Position numbers and translations under genes: made by a program. The notes beneath the pieces were generated by a model. The model was given only the letters and a program-made list of their open reading frames with translations, was not told the origin of the DNA and did not search any database. A stretch of 63,873 nt of DNA, counting the filler, from Piptocephalis cylindrospora (taxonomy: Eukaryota): assembly GCA_003614145.1 (NCBI GenBank). It is 3 parts of 3 records of this genome, joined end to end, with 100 filler letters (N's around TTAATTAATTAA, not from the genome) between each part and the next. Parts side by side here need not be neighbours in the genome. Positions count along the whole stretch, not along the records: positions 44,226 to 63,873 come from KZ987818.1; 2 more parts are not named here. One strand, written 5' to 3'. This document shows, in pieces, positions 47,735 to 60,396 of the stretch (positions within the stretch are counted from its first letter, which is position 1; every line of letters begins with the position of its first letter).

Positions 47735-50382
47735 CTAAGTAGATCTCCGGGACACATGCTCATCCTCCGAACGATGGTGCCAAATTCCATGAATTTGTGC
47801 ACTCAACTTGGGATGAATCTTCCGTCGTGGTAAAGCTTCGTTGGTACATACGAGAAGATCTTGAGCGTTCTTCATTGAATCCTGTTGTCGATACTCACAC
47901 TCTAGACTGGTCATCCGATAGTGCAAATTCAAGGGCATGAGGGTGTGCGTACACATAAGTGAGAGAGAAAGAGAGAGAGGGGGATTGCCATTGTCCCTCA
48001 CTCACCCGAAAGGAACCTACCTCATGGGCGTGGGAAATCTACGAGAGATGGACAGGGCCTTATCCACCCCGACCCCATGGATGGAGACGAGCATGCGCAG
48101 CCACATTTCCTTAACTGTCCTTCCCGTCGACTTTTCCGTCATAGCTTGGAAGGCCTGGTAGGTGAGGAGAGGATTCGTGGGAAAGGGTGTATCTGAGAGG
48201 GCAGTAAATGTTCGAGTTACCTCATCCATACCCATAATGTCCTTTCCCTAAAGGAGTCTCGGTGAATGTGCATGATCGGGTAAGCCTTAATTCTATCTAG
48301 TATACGACTATATCCTCTCTTGTAGATCCAACATGGGCCTCTAGGCCAAATACGACTTACCTCGTACCTTGCCATCATCCTCCGAGTCAGGGAGGTTAGG
48401 TAGGAAATGGATCCTTCTAGAGAAGTAGTATGGTGGATAGTGAAGCCGTGATGAAGTACAAGACGGGAAAGGGCCGATTGAACAGTCTCCAGAGTCACCC
48501 TTGGACACAGTCCAGGGAAGGACCGGCTGAATCCTTCAATCAGATAAATCACCCTTTGTGCCCCGCTTTGCCTCAATCGAGACTGTTTCTCCGTTCAATA
48601 TACCATTGAGGTGTGTTGAGTGCGTAAGTAGGCGAGGGAGGAGGAGGAGGGAAAGCATTAACCTACCTTTTGCTCTTGAAAGCGACCATCTTTGATACTG
48701 CATACAAGGTCGTCCATGGTCTTTCTCTCGATAATCCAATCCAGTACAATTTCCTGACCCATGGGCCCAACAGCCATCCATAAAAAATCACCGATGGGCA
48801 AAGCCCGACTGATGATGGGAATTTGGGACTCACGCAATCGATCCATGATCACGGTCTTGGATCGGGCCCCGGAACTACCCCGCCCAAGCAACTCTCGGAC
48901 ATCTACAGCCAAGGCAACTTTAAAGGATTTAGGAGGGAAATGTACTTGTCGTAGGGGTGAGAGCGTCGGTAGGTTGGGCGTTTGTAGGTGAACACCTGTT
49001 GGATTGTCTTGAAGAGTCCGTTCAGGCTGTAAATTATTGCTTGCTTGGGATAGACGGGGTTCCTGACATAAATCAATCACCTCCATACCTGTGGAGGAGG
49101 AGATGTACTCAAGAGCAGTGGATGCCACCTCAGCTCCCAGTGCCTTTGATAAGGGAGAAGTAGGACTGACTCTATCCCCCACGTCCATTGGAAGCATTCC
49201 ATATGCTACTTCCTGAAAGGCAAGGCGGGTCGAGGGCTTCGAGGGTAGCTGGATCGTGCTTCCTCCTTCCACCAGGGGGCGGACCAATCGGCAAAGAGAA
49301 TGCCCCTGCTGCCGAGATGAGTAAGCAATCAAGCAGTAAGGTACGTCTTCATCGGCTATTCGAAAGGAAAGGATGAATGGTGATTAGGGAATAATAGGTA
49401 TCTGTGAGTAGGAGACACTTACGGTAAAGCTGTAGATGCGCCTGGTCCTTGCGCTGCACAGGATTCCCCTGCGCATCAAGGTAAGTGTACTGAAAGGTAC
49501 CACGAGCGCGTACAGGAGCAGAAGTAGAAGGTGTGGGGGAGGCAGGAATCGGAGAGGCATTGTCCAAGGGGGGTGGAATTGACGTCTGAGGGATAGATGT
49601 ACCTACTGGCCTGATAGCCTCCTTCTCTACCCTAGAAGTTCCTTCCTCTTCCGCCAAGGTGGTTGCAAGTCTTTGGGCAAGAGATTGGCCCCTTTCCGTT
49701 AGCCGATAGCGCACTGGTCTTCCATAGGAATGGATGAGTTCATGCTCCCGTAGCGTCTTCATTGATGACCACGCTGTATATCGGGAACCAGGCAAGGGGC
49801 TCGTAAATGAATTTTGGGATAAGGGAGCTGCTTCATGGATGAGCTCGATCTTTCCCACTCCTTCTCCGTGCCGTTCTGTGAGTCTGTGTAGGGCGATTAG
49901 AAGGGCATAGCCTCCTGATCGTCTTCTCGGAATGTAGGACTTTTCCTTGGTCCTGGGTTGCCGTTCCGGATTGATTACTAGTAGGATAGAGAAACTTATG
50001 AGTAAGTTGATGTGAAATAAGATATACTGGACAACAGAGGGGCTTCCCTTTGTCCCTCGTCCTTACCTCCATCTTCTTGAGCGCCTTGGCTTTCAGGAGC
50101 ATCTGCCTCATCTTCTTCAATATGGCCCCCAGCTTCCTTGATACAACGCTCCAGGACACTAACAATGGCAGGGCCAATGTTGGCCAGCTGCTGTGCTTGC
50201 TTAGGCTGAGTAAACGATAAAGGATACCGGGAAAGGGAGTCCATGGCGCGACGGAGTGCACGGATCCAGTTGACGTTGTGTCCTCGTTGGGCCTCTGCTG
50301 CCACTTTTTTAAGGATCTCGTAGTATTCAGGGTTTCCGCACGATGGAGGTGGTAAGGACGGGTGTTCACGATCGGGCGGCAT
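47735..50382 (-). CDS. MUS81: Crossover junction endonuclease Mus81; ~6 exons
   Basis: N-terminal HhH (CGNP...SLSRYPL...LANIGP), winged helix (YIPRRRSGGYALLIAL; YTAWSSMKTL), ERCC4 nuclease (VDVRE; LPIGDFLW; IERKTMDDLVCSIKDGRFQEQK), C-terminal HhH (LVSIHGVGVDKA...FPTP). GT-AG introns restore frame. Confidence 0.95.
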
Positions 50383-51187
50383 GATGTAGAGGGGGAAGAG
50401 GGGGAAGAGGGGGGGGGGGGGAGGGGAAGAAGAAAGCTAGATTCATGTGTGCTTGATGACTCATGTATCATTAAAAGGAGGTCAAGGCGCGCGGAGTTGT
50501 CACGGTTAATGCCTGATGCAAGTTCTTGAAAAGCATAATCCCGCATCCTATAAGGTCTCATCAGGACTAGAAAGAGTGATCAATATATAGAAATACCAGC
50601 CTTTTGGCTCGAGGACAATTGGCCATGTAGAGGATGAGAAACATTACATCTTGGGTAGGGTATTCTATACTATTGGAATGATGGGAGAGCAACTACGCAT
50701 TTGCTTATCAATGCATACGATAGACGGATCCATAAGTCCTTATTTCTTAATCATCATGTAAAACTATGCTGAGACCCCTCTGAGGTTGTTGTATCAGGTT
50801 TATGAGGTTGATCTTTGCCAAAGAAACTTGAATTTCTTTCCAAGCACCATAATTCTTTCGGGGGAAAGCATTAGTTTTGGCACATTGGAAAGTTTGTTGA
50901 ATTTTGTAGGTGTTTTTATTCCTTTTTTTCTGTGTTGTTTCCCTACAACGGTTACTGGAGCTTGAAGTTGGGAGGGGCAGGTCAGGGCACAAGGCTTTGC
51001 CACACCCTCGCCCCCCCCCCTAATACATCATATTACCCTACACCACACTACACTACACCACCTACACGCCTTGAATTCACCTCACCTCACCTCACATATC
51101 ACTCATAGTAGCCTTGATCCCACTCTTCCCTCCCTCCGCTCTCCTCTCCCTCCAGTAACACCTTTACCTTCTCCCCTCATTTTCAAC

Positions 51188-53558
51188 ATGCCCACGTTGG
51201 AGGAATTGTCGTCGCTTCGCGTCGTCGACCTTAAGGCTCGGCTGGACGAACTTGGTTTACCAAATAGGGGCTTGAAAGCGGAACTCGTAGAACGGTTACA
51301 TACTGCCCTGGAGGAGCAAGATCAGGATCAGAAAAACGAAGATAACACAGCGGCTTCCCCTGATGAAGAGGATGCCGGGGAGAGTAATGAGGCATCCTTG
51401 GATACGTCTTCAGCTCAGAATGTCTCTGAAGCAGAGGCAGCCGCAGGGGATATGAAATCCCAGTCTGCCCCGACTTTCCGCGCGGATCCCCATCCTGATC
51501 CTCTTTTGGAGTCTATGGTGGCGGGAAAGAGGAAGCGGGATGATGTGGAGAAAGAGGAGGAGGAACAGGCCAGCGCTCAAGGAAAGGAGAGGGAAACCTC
51601 GCCCGGTCCTAGCACCAAGGTACGTGATACTATGGCCGGTGCTGGGGCTTCCCCAAGATCCGAAGACATGAGGAAAGGGAAGGGGTATGACTTGACGGAC
51701 CTCTTGGATCGGGAAATTCAGAAGAGCGCTGCTGCAGCCGGGGCTGAGTTGAATGCTCCCCAGCCCTCCTCTTCCTCTTCCTCTCATCCAGAGGAGAGGG
51801 AGGATAGAGGTCGGACGAGACGTGGTGAAAGTAGGGAAGGTCGAGAGCACCGTCGGCATGATGATCCCCGGGGCGATGAAGACCGGTCCCGGTCCTCTCA
51901 TGGTCATCGGTACTCTCGCTCCCATCGTCGATCCCGGTCCCCACGGGGAGACCATGCTCATGGATCCTCATCCCGTCGTGCCCGTAGTGTCACACCGATT
52001 AACCGAAGGAAGCGCCGTGTCACTAACTGGGACGTGACTCCCGTCGGCTTTGATAATATGACTGTTGAGCAGGTCAAGGCTACTGGTAAGGATCTGTTTC
52101 ATTTCCAAGACTCTTTTAGAAAGCCCATTTTTATCCTCTTCTTACCCCTATTTCTTTTTAGGCGCCTTCCCGGCCCCAGGTCTTGGTATTGCTAGGACGC
52201 AGCTTCCGCCCCAAATTATCTACTCGGATGCCATTTTGGCCCTGGTGATGGAGGAGGCAGGGGAAAAGCTGCCAGAGCCCACCACCATCCCCATTCCCAC
52301 GTTGAGACCGGCTATGGGGGATGGAGCGAGCGGGGCTTCTTCAGTCTCCTCCATGGCCCCTCACGGATCCAGCGCCTCTTATAGTGGAGGAGGTCGGTTT
52401 GGACCGACGATGCCCATGGCGGGTGGGGCGAGTGGGGGTGCCCCCAGACAGGCTCGTCGTCTCTATTTGGGCAATATCCCGGCAGGGACGAGCCAGACCA
52501 CGCTAGCCAGCTTCCTTGACTCGACGCTCCAGGAGATGCGGGCCTCTTCAGGGAGGGGAGGTTCCCAACCTGATGGGATCTCTTCTGTCTTGGCCGTGAC
52601 GATGCATGCAGACAAGAACTTTGCGTTTGCTGAGTTCCGAACGGCTGAGGATGCTACACTGGCCGTATCCTTGGATGGGGTACCCTTCCATGGAAACACC
52701 CTTCGGGTTCGTCGTCCCAAGGATTACGTGGCCAGCTCCGGGGATACATCTGGGGTGGCGACCGGCGCCAATGGGGCGGGTGGAGGAGGTTCCACGGACC
52801 AGTATAACAGAATTTTCATTGGCAACATCCCCGGATATATTGGAGAGGAGCAGGTGAAGGAGTTGGTCTTGACTTTTGGAGCGGTCCAGCACTTTCACCT
52901 GGTCAAAGACCCAACGACGGGTGTGTCCAAGGGATATGCATTTTGCGAATTTGAGGATCCATCCCTGGCAGAGCAGGCCATTGAGGGCCTGCACGGAATG
53001 GAACTTGGGGAAAAGAAGCTGACGGTACAGAGGGCTACGCAAGGCGGAAAATCTGGAGCCTCGGAAGGGCCAACATCCGGGATGCCGCAGACCATGCTAA
53101 CCCTCTCCACCCATCTCCTCCCCTACCTTCCCGCCGGGTCCGTCCAACCGACTGGAGAGACAACAGAGATGGCAGGGCAGGGTATGGCTGGAAGCCAATC
53201 CGAGGAGATGGCGCCAACGAGGGTCCTGCAGCTTCTGAATCTCCTTGGGCCCGAGGACCTTCAGGATGATCAGGAGTGCGAGGAGGTGATGGAGGATGTG
53301 CGAACTGAATGTGACAAATACGGATCGGTGCAAGAGGTGCGAATCCCCCGACCTCACAAAGCGGCTCCGGTGACCAAGGAGGCCGAGGAGGCCGGGGAAA
53401 AGCCTTGTGTGCGTGGGCTGGGTCGGGTGTTTGTCCGATTTGACCAGGCCATGGAATGTGCTGTGGCGCTGAGAGCGCTTGGTGGCCGGTCCTTTGGAGA
53501 ACGAACAGTCCTGACGGCCTATTGCCCCGAGAGGGCGTTTGAGGAGGAGCTTTACTAA
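51188..53558 (+). CDS. U2AF2: Splicing factor U2AF large subunit (U2AF65) with N-terminal SAP domain; 2 exons, ~764 aa
   Basis: SAP (LSSLRVVDLKARLDELGLPNRGLKAELVERL), RS-like region, RKRRVTNWDVTPVGFDNMTVEQVKATG, RRM1 (RQARRLYLGNIP...NFAFAEFRT...VRRPKDY), RRM2 (SKGYAFCEF), UHM (PTRVLQLLN...GRVFVRF). Intron 52086-52161. Confidence 0.93.
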
Positions 53559-53748
53559 GGTGGACGATAGTTTATTTGGATAAAGAGACAGAGAGAGAAA
53601 GGGAAAAGGGAAGGAAGAAATGAAACCGATGAATCAAACTGGATTTATATTGGGGGTTTTTCTTTTTTTCTGCTGAGGTTTTCTTTACTTGCTGAGTATC
53701 TCATAACCGCTCTTTCCGCTGACCCTATGAATGGATAGACAAGAGGAT

Positions 53749-55651
53749 TTAGACTTTGTAGAGGGCATCGATGAAGCCCTTGGCCACATCAACGATAAGA
53801 GAACGGTCGGGGAGGGTGGCGGCCAGTCCGTAGATGGCGGCCATGCCACTATCGCCACCACTCTTCCCACCCCGCTCCTCCAGGAGGACCCTGGCCTCGG
53901 CGATGCTCTCCCGGAGGTCGCGAGCAAAGTCCTCCTCATGACCAACGGTCAGGGTGGTGCAAGCTAGATGGAGGGAGGAGGGGAATTGGAGGGCATTGAG
54001 ATTCCATCCACGATGGCGCATGCCATCGCCGATGGCGTAGATGGAGAGGGGGGCAGTGGCGCGGAAGGCCACAACGGAGACATTGGGCTCACCAAGGACC
54101 TCGACCCCCTCGGTGTCCTGGACGATACGGGCAATTTCCCGAGCGCAACCGATGATCTGGCGGGTAGAGTCTACGTATCCGGCATGACCAATACGCATAA
54201 GGGCACTCCAACACCCAGCGATGAGGGCACCTGGTCTGGATCCGGCGAGGCCAGGGGAGGCGTAGACTCCGCCCAGCCAATCGCTCATGACAGTATACTG
54301 ATACCGACGAAGAGCACGGGTACGGTACATGATGATGGAGCTTCCCTTGGGAGCAAAGCCGTATTTGTGGGTATCACAGGAGATTGAGGTGACGCCGGGA
54401 AGACGGAAGTCAAAGAGGGGCACATTGTAACCAGCATCCTTCATGAAAGGGATGAGAAATCCGCCGAGACAGGCATCAACGTGCAAGGGGACGTTCTTGC
54501 GATGGGCAATCTCGGAGAGCCCCTCGATGTCGTCAATGATTCCATGAGGGAATCCGGGGGCCGATCCAACGATCTAAGGGGGGATGAGGGTGTAAGGGGA
54601 GTGGTGCTGTGGCCACCTCTCCAGTTTAACCTACCAAGATGGTGTTGCGATTCACGGCCTTCTTGACCCGATGGACAGGAAGGGCAAAAGTGACGGGGTC
54701 GACGTCGATCCAAACAGGCCTGATACCAAAGTATTTGCAGGCCTTATCAAAGGCGGCATGAGCGGAGGTGGCGATGATCATCTCGGGGGAACGAATGCCC
54801 TTGTGCTCCCGAGCGTAGTCACGATAGGCTTTACAGGCCATGACGATGCTCTCGGTACCTCCAGAGGTGAGGCAGCCTCCGGCGTCCAGAGGGGCATTGT
54901 ACATGGCGAGGACCATGGCGACGCACTCGGCTTCCATCTTCCTGACGCCAGGGAAGACATCGGGATGGAGGGGGTTGGAGAGGGAGAAGAGAGAGTAGGC
55001 CTCGGACGTGAGCTTGGACAATTCCTCACCTCCGTGGTAGATAGCACCAGAGACCTTTCCATCCTTCCAATGGGCATCGCCTAGGCCTTGAAGTCTGAGA
55101 AGGGGGAGGGAAAGGATGAGTAGTGAAAGGGTAGAGTGAAAAGAGATCGGGCTTACTTGGCCAATTCTCCCCGAATATCCTCAGTATCCCTTCCCTGACT
55201 AGGAAGGGCATGATGAGGAGGAAGGCCAGGGATGACTGGGGCAATATCCTCTTCCATGGCTGAGAGGGTTTTGCTCAGCTCACCCTGAATCTTTCGGCGA
55301 ACCATGGGGATTTTCTTGGTTAAATGGAGGGTGTACTGTGTGTGGAAGGAGTGATGTAAGTCATTCGCCTTAAGATGAGTAGACCATGCCGTCTTCTCCG
55401 TCTTTCTTCGTGCATACCTGAACACTGGCGCGATAGAGGTCGCGAATATAGATGGTAGGGCCTTGACAGGTGACGCGGGTCCAGAGAGCACCAAAGGATC
55501 GAACAACAATGTAGTAGAAGACAGCGTTCTTGACCCACTCCAAGGGACCAGGAGCAGCCGGACCAAACCGACGAACACACGAATCAGTCAGGGCTGAGGC
55601 CTGAGCAAGGACATCGTGGATGGAGGAAGGGGTTCCTAGACGATAGGACAT
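53749..55651 (-). CDS. DPL1: Sphingosine-1-phosphate lyase (PLP-dependent), multi-exon
   Basis: [56 protein letters not shown]-lysine motif [20 protein letters not shown]. Confidence 0.96.
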
Positions 55652-56760
55652 TGAAGGGGTATGAGAGAAGAGGTAGGGATGAGGGAGAAGATGGAGGGAA
55701 GGAGAGAAGGGGAAGGAGGTTGAGTAGAATGGGAAAAGGGTTGAGCTCGGGGTCTTTTAAAGCCGAACCGAGGGATGAGAGACGTGGCCCACAAACGACA
55801 AGGGATGAGTGTGGCCGTGGGTGACTTTGGGGAGGGAGTAGGAGAAGGAGGTGGTGGTAGTGCTAGAGTGACACGCACTGATCCTGGATAGGAAGGGAGA
55901 GTAGGTCACCTTACTCGCCCCGTCCTTTCTCCCCTATATTCGACCCCAATGAAGGAGATTGAGGGAACGATTCCTTTCCCCTGAAGACATGTAAGATCTT
56001 AGACAGGGCTAGGATGAGGAGGGTGATGATATGAGGCTAGGAAGAGAAGAGGTCGGTGACTGAACATCCCAAGCCATGGGACGCGCACGACGCCAAGCCC
56101 TGGCCCTAGTGAACCCGAGTTCGCACGCACAACTACACGTCCTGTCATGGTTGGACTCCGACTGGTGGTGGGTGTGTGCAGCACACACAGAGCCATGCAT
56201 GCCTGTGCCTTCCTGACGGAGAAAGAGACCCATTTAGTAGTACTTACAGTACCTTTGATCTTTGCTGGGACTGGAAGACCCTTGGAGATCTTACAGATGA
56301 AATCCAAGAAGATGGATGAGAGTGACACACACGTTGCCACATACATACAGGCCTCCTGGTCAGGGAGAACAGGGAGGAGAACCAAGAGAGGATCCTCCTC
56401 CAACTGACGCCCTTCCACCCATACATCCCCTACAGAATACCCCTTTTTTTCCTTGACGATGGGGAAGTGAATGTGACCGGGGGGATGAGAGACTCTGAAA
56501 TAGGGACATTTCCACCACACAATCATGACACCCTCCCTTCCCCGAACAGAGACAGAGATCCCCAAAGAATAACCCTGTGCATTCCTCCTTGAGAGATGAG
56601 GGAAGAAGAGATAACCACCGGATGTCCAGGGTAATGTGGGATGAAGAAGTGTCCATGAAGACGTGCATCTTTTCCTGAATGGACTGATCCATGCATTCAC
56701 TTCTCGATACACCGTATCCTCCTCCATCCACAAACATCGACCATGGTGCCATCATTCATC

Positions 56761-57609
56761 CTAGCAAGACCCATCATGGGTCATGTTCAAGTCCTCTAGG
56801 AGACCCTGGGCCATGTTGAATCTCCATCCGTGGATGCGAAGAGGTTGGCCATTGGCCCAAGCAGCCTTGGCAGCCGGGGTGGCAGCAATGGCCGAGACGG
56901 ATGCAGCCACATTCAACCTCCCCAACTCGAGGACCCTTTGACGCGGGTCCAAGGCCTCTAAGGCCTTTGCGTTCTCTAGAGCAGTCGAGAGATGAGCGAT
57001 GTCATTTACTTTGTTAAAAGCTCCTCTTACCTTGATAGACTTTGCGTGTAGGGACGAGCCATTGATGAAGATGATCCTTGCTCGGATCCTCCTGTCCTTC
57101 CTCATGGATCATGGCTGTCGCTACTCCAGTGCACTCGGTGTGACCTTGAAAGGGGGGGGAGTTGGAGCGAGACGATGATGAGGGCTATGTTGACAACACC
57201 GCCTCTCTCGTCTCATCTTACCACAAACAACAATGTCGGGGACGCCAAGAAGAGAGATGGAAAACTCGACAACGGCCATGGCATTTCCATCGGTGGAGGA
57301 GATAACATTGGCAATGTTGCGATGTTCAAAGAGCGAGCCCAAGGGCTGGTTGGTGATGGTGGTGGGGGAGACGCGGGAATCGGAACAGCCAATCCACAAG
57401 CACTTTGGAGATTGGCCCTTTTCCAGAGAGGCCAGAAGGTCTGGAGAGACGCGCTTGACCCATTGGCGATTCTGTTGGAGGAGCTCCTTGAGTTGGTCCT
57501 GGCCGGTGCTCATGCTACGGGAGGAAGGGGGATGGATGGATACGACACGAGCAGACCTGGAAGACCTGGCAGTCAAGGCAGAGAGACGGGGGATGAGAAG
57601 AGTGAGCAT
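56761..57609 (-). CDS. NCE103: Beta-class carbonic anhydrase with probable mitochondrial presequence; 3 exons
   Basis: GQSPKCLWIGCSDSRV, HRNIANVI, IVVCG/HTEC (Zn ligands split by an intron), IHGWRF. Arg/Ser-rich, acid-free N-terminus. Confidence 0.93.
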
Positions 57610-58100
57610 GTGGGGGAAAGGGGTGAGGAAGGGAGGAAGGAAAAGGGAGGAAAAATAAAGAAAAACAAGGGGAGTTGGGTCACACAAGGATGGATGGACG
57701 CATCTCCCCTTTTTATATACCTTCCCTCCTCTCCCTGGGCAACACATGTTGGTGCAGGAAGGCTCAGCAGCACAACGATATCTCATCTCTGATCGTAGTA
57801 GCAACAACAGTAACACTAGCAGCCTTCCACCCTAATGCGCGCAGTGACACATACGGCAGGGTGGGTTACTCTCGGCAAGCGGGGGGTGCGGGGGGATGTG
57901 GGGAAGAGGTGGTGGGAATAATTTGCCCAGGCCAGGAGACCTAGGCTTTAATGATGATGATGCTACCCACACGCGTCTATAGCAGTGGTGAGACACCCGC
58001 CGGTGCTCCTACCCTCCCTCTCCCCTCAAAGTCCTCTTCTTTGAGGGGGGTGAGGAATATGGACCGATGATGATGCAGTCATGTCTGGGGCTGTGGGATA

Positions 58101-58131
58101 TGTGTGTGTGTGTGTGTGTGCGTGTGTGTGT
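58101..58131. repeat. (TG)n microsatellite
   Basis: Imperfect dinucleotide repeat. Confidence 0.8.
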
Positions 58132-58243
58132 GCTGTATCCGTAAGTACATGAAGCCTTATTTGATTGTGCTTGTGCTTGTGCTTAGAGTAGGATTCGGTT
58201 CATCATCTCTGCTTCTCTCTTTCCTGTCATCCCTCTCCAGACC

Positions 58244-58686
58244 ATGTCCTCTTCCTCCCCGATCCCACCCAACACGTCCTCCTTGGTAAGTGGACTTGTC
58301 TAGACAAGGGAGCTTGATCCCCATCCTCATTTCCTCCTCCTCCTCCTCCTCCTCCTCCTCCTCCTCCTCCACAGCCTCTCAGGGCCTTTAAGGATTGCAA
58401 TAAACAAACGCGAAAGGATGGATTCATCTTTGGTGGATGCGCCCTCTTTCTCTCGGGCTTCTTTTCGCACCGGGTCCTTCGACTCTCACGGAACAACACC
58501 ATCCTCGCCACGCTATCGGCTACGGTCATTAGCTCGTACATGTTTGCGCAGCAGTCGACGCGACAATGCCTCCAAGCCAAGATGGAGGCGATGGAGCGAG
58601 CCAGGAAGCTGGGAACCTATTCTGAGGAGGGAGGGGATGAGGCTCTGTTGTCGGATGAGGATGTGATGGAGAAGAATCATGCATAG
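58244..58686 (+). CDS. Small two-TM membrane protein, TMEM141-like; 2 exons, 117 aa
   Basis: Exon 1 58244-58285, intron 58286-58374, exon 2 PLRAFKDCNKQTRKDGFIFGGCALFLSGFFSHRVLRLSRNNTILATLSATVISSYMFAQQSTRQCLQAK...; Cys-TM-TM-Cys layout. The correct frame is not in the ORF track. Confidence 0.7.
58332..58370. repeat. (TCC)13 microsatellite forming the intron's polypyrimidine tract
   Basis: Perfect trinucleotide repeat immediately before the acag acceptor. Confidence 0.9.
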
Positions 58687-58861
58687 ATGCTCTGAACCTT
58701 TTCTACTGTAAAGTTACATCCTTTCTCTCGAGAAGGGGGTGTCAGGGAGGGATGCCTCCCTTGTCCCCTTTACTTTCCCTCATAAAATCACCCAACAGTA
58801 TCATGAACCCATCATTACGATTTCAGAGGTACATCAAATTTCATGCGGGACCATCCTGCAT

Positions 58862-59221
58862 TTATCGTGGGGCAAAGAAGCGCTTGAGCAAACTGCCATC
58901 CTTGGCTCCCTCCTCCAGTCCACGAAGCATTCGCTTGTAGTAGTTGGGGTCCTTGGCCGGAGATAGGATGGCCTCGTCCAAGGGCCACCGGTCCTTGTAT
59001 GTATTGCCCAGGATGGCCTCTAGCGCATCGGCCTGGACCTTGCCTCGAGCCAGGGCCTTTGCCGGATCGTCGGTCGGGGCACGGAACCGCTCTGGCAAAG
59101 TCACCTCCAAGACGCGTCGGAATGTCCGGTTGGGTCGAAGGGGGTCATCGGGCCAGTCTTCGGCCAGCCTCAGGAAACGACGGTAAAGGGCACGTGCTTG
59201 TATTGAGTAAGGGGATGCCAT
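58862..59221 (-). CDS. CBP6: Cytochrome b assembly factor Cbp6/UQCC2
   Basis: ALYRRFLRLAEDWPDDPLRP...ALEAILGNTYKDRWPL...LSPAKDPNYYKRML; 119 aa. Confidence 0.85.
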   Translation of the reverse strand: MASPYSIQARALYRRFLRLAEDWPDDPLRPNRTFRRVLEVTLPERFRAPTDDPAKALARGKVQADALEAILGNTYKDRWPLDEAILSPAKDPNYYKRMLRGLEEGAKDGSLLKRFFAPR

Positions 59222-59600
59222 TGGGGAGGGAAAGTGGGGAAGAGGAAGGATGGGGGAGAAGGGAGAGGCTATGAGGATGGACTGGAGAGTGGTGTAGTCC
59301 TTGACATGAAGGAGGGCAGGGCGCAGGGCGCAGTGTGGGTGGGATGATGAAAATCGGTTTTATTTATCCAACATAGGGGGAATATGAGCGGGTGGGCAGA
59401 TGCACACACTTTTTCCCCATCAAAAAGAACCCGAATTCGACCAAAACAACACCAAATCAAGACAGAGTGTGACAAACCTGGGTGTCTTCCTCGGGGCCAA
59501 GGAGGGAGGGAAAAGGTCCCATGATGATCATCACTGTTGTACTTGATACACACACAAGGGGCTGTAGGGATTGAAACAGAGGATCGGGCCCTAGGATGAC

Positions 59601-60396
59601 CTATCGCTTCTTTCTCGCATTCAAGCCCATGGTTTGTCGCACCTGGATGGATGGGGGCCGAAGGGATCGAATGGCTGGGATTTTGCTTGTCCCTCCGGTC
59701 TTGGAGGAGGGATCCTTGGGTTTTTCCATGGTGGGGGGGCTGGGCACGTCGGGTCGTTTCCTCTTTCCTTGAACTACAGCACTTCGGGAAGCCAAGGCTT
59801 CTCCAGTCCTCCCAGCTTCCTTGACCCTCCCAGCCTCCTTGATCTTCCCAGCCTCCTTGATCCTACCCGCTTCCTTGGCCATGACGGCTTCCCTTACCCG
59901 GGTCGCTGCCGCCACCTCGGCCTGCTCTCGTGCCTCATCCACCTCATCCTGCTTTGCTCCCTGCCATCGATCATCCAAGAGGAGGGCCTGGGTGTGCTGC
60001 ATCTGGGAAAATAGAGCGCTCCATCGTTCCAACAACACATCCGTCTGCTTTGCCGTATTCGACACCTTCTACTTGGCAAAGGGGATGAGATGGAGAAGTT
60101 GGAGAGAAACTAGTATTTTTTACCTCAAGGTGCTCCTTGCATACAAGGACATTCTCGGTCATGCCCACAATGGCCGCGTCCAGCTGTCGAATATCTTCCA
60201 GCTCGTTCTCCAAGTCCTTTTCCTCCCTTTCCTCGTTGATCGTCTCAGTGGTCGTGGGGTCCTCTCCTCCCCGCATGGACCTGTCCTTCGCTTCGTTGGG
60301 GTCTACGTGGAGATGAGCGGAGGGGATCGAGGGATGAGTGTGCACATGCTCATACTCACCTTGTTCCATCAAGTCGTTCTCCGGTTCAAAGGTCAT
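59601..60396 (-). CDS. DUO1: DASH/Dam1 complex subunit Duo1; 2 exons
   Basis: LENELEDIRQLDAAI...HLE / KVSNTAKQTDVLLERWSALFSQMQHTQALLLDDRWQGAKQD; in-frame intron 60069-60123; basic tail. Confidence 0.85.

Noticed and set aside
34372..55651. Lipid-phosphate gene cluster (DPP1 + DPL1)
   Set aside because: The genes are on different contigs and separated by unrelated genes.
58022..58050. Hairpin cccctcaaag/ctttgagggg in a bidirectional promoter
   Set aside because: A 10-bp stem in low-complexity sequence is compatible with chance.
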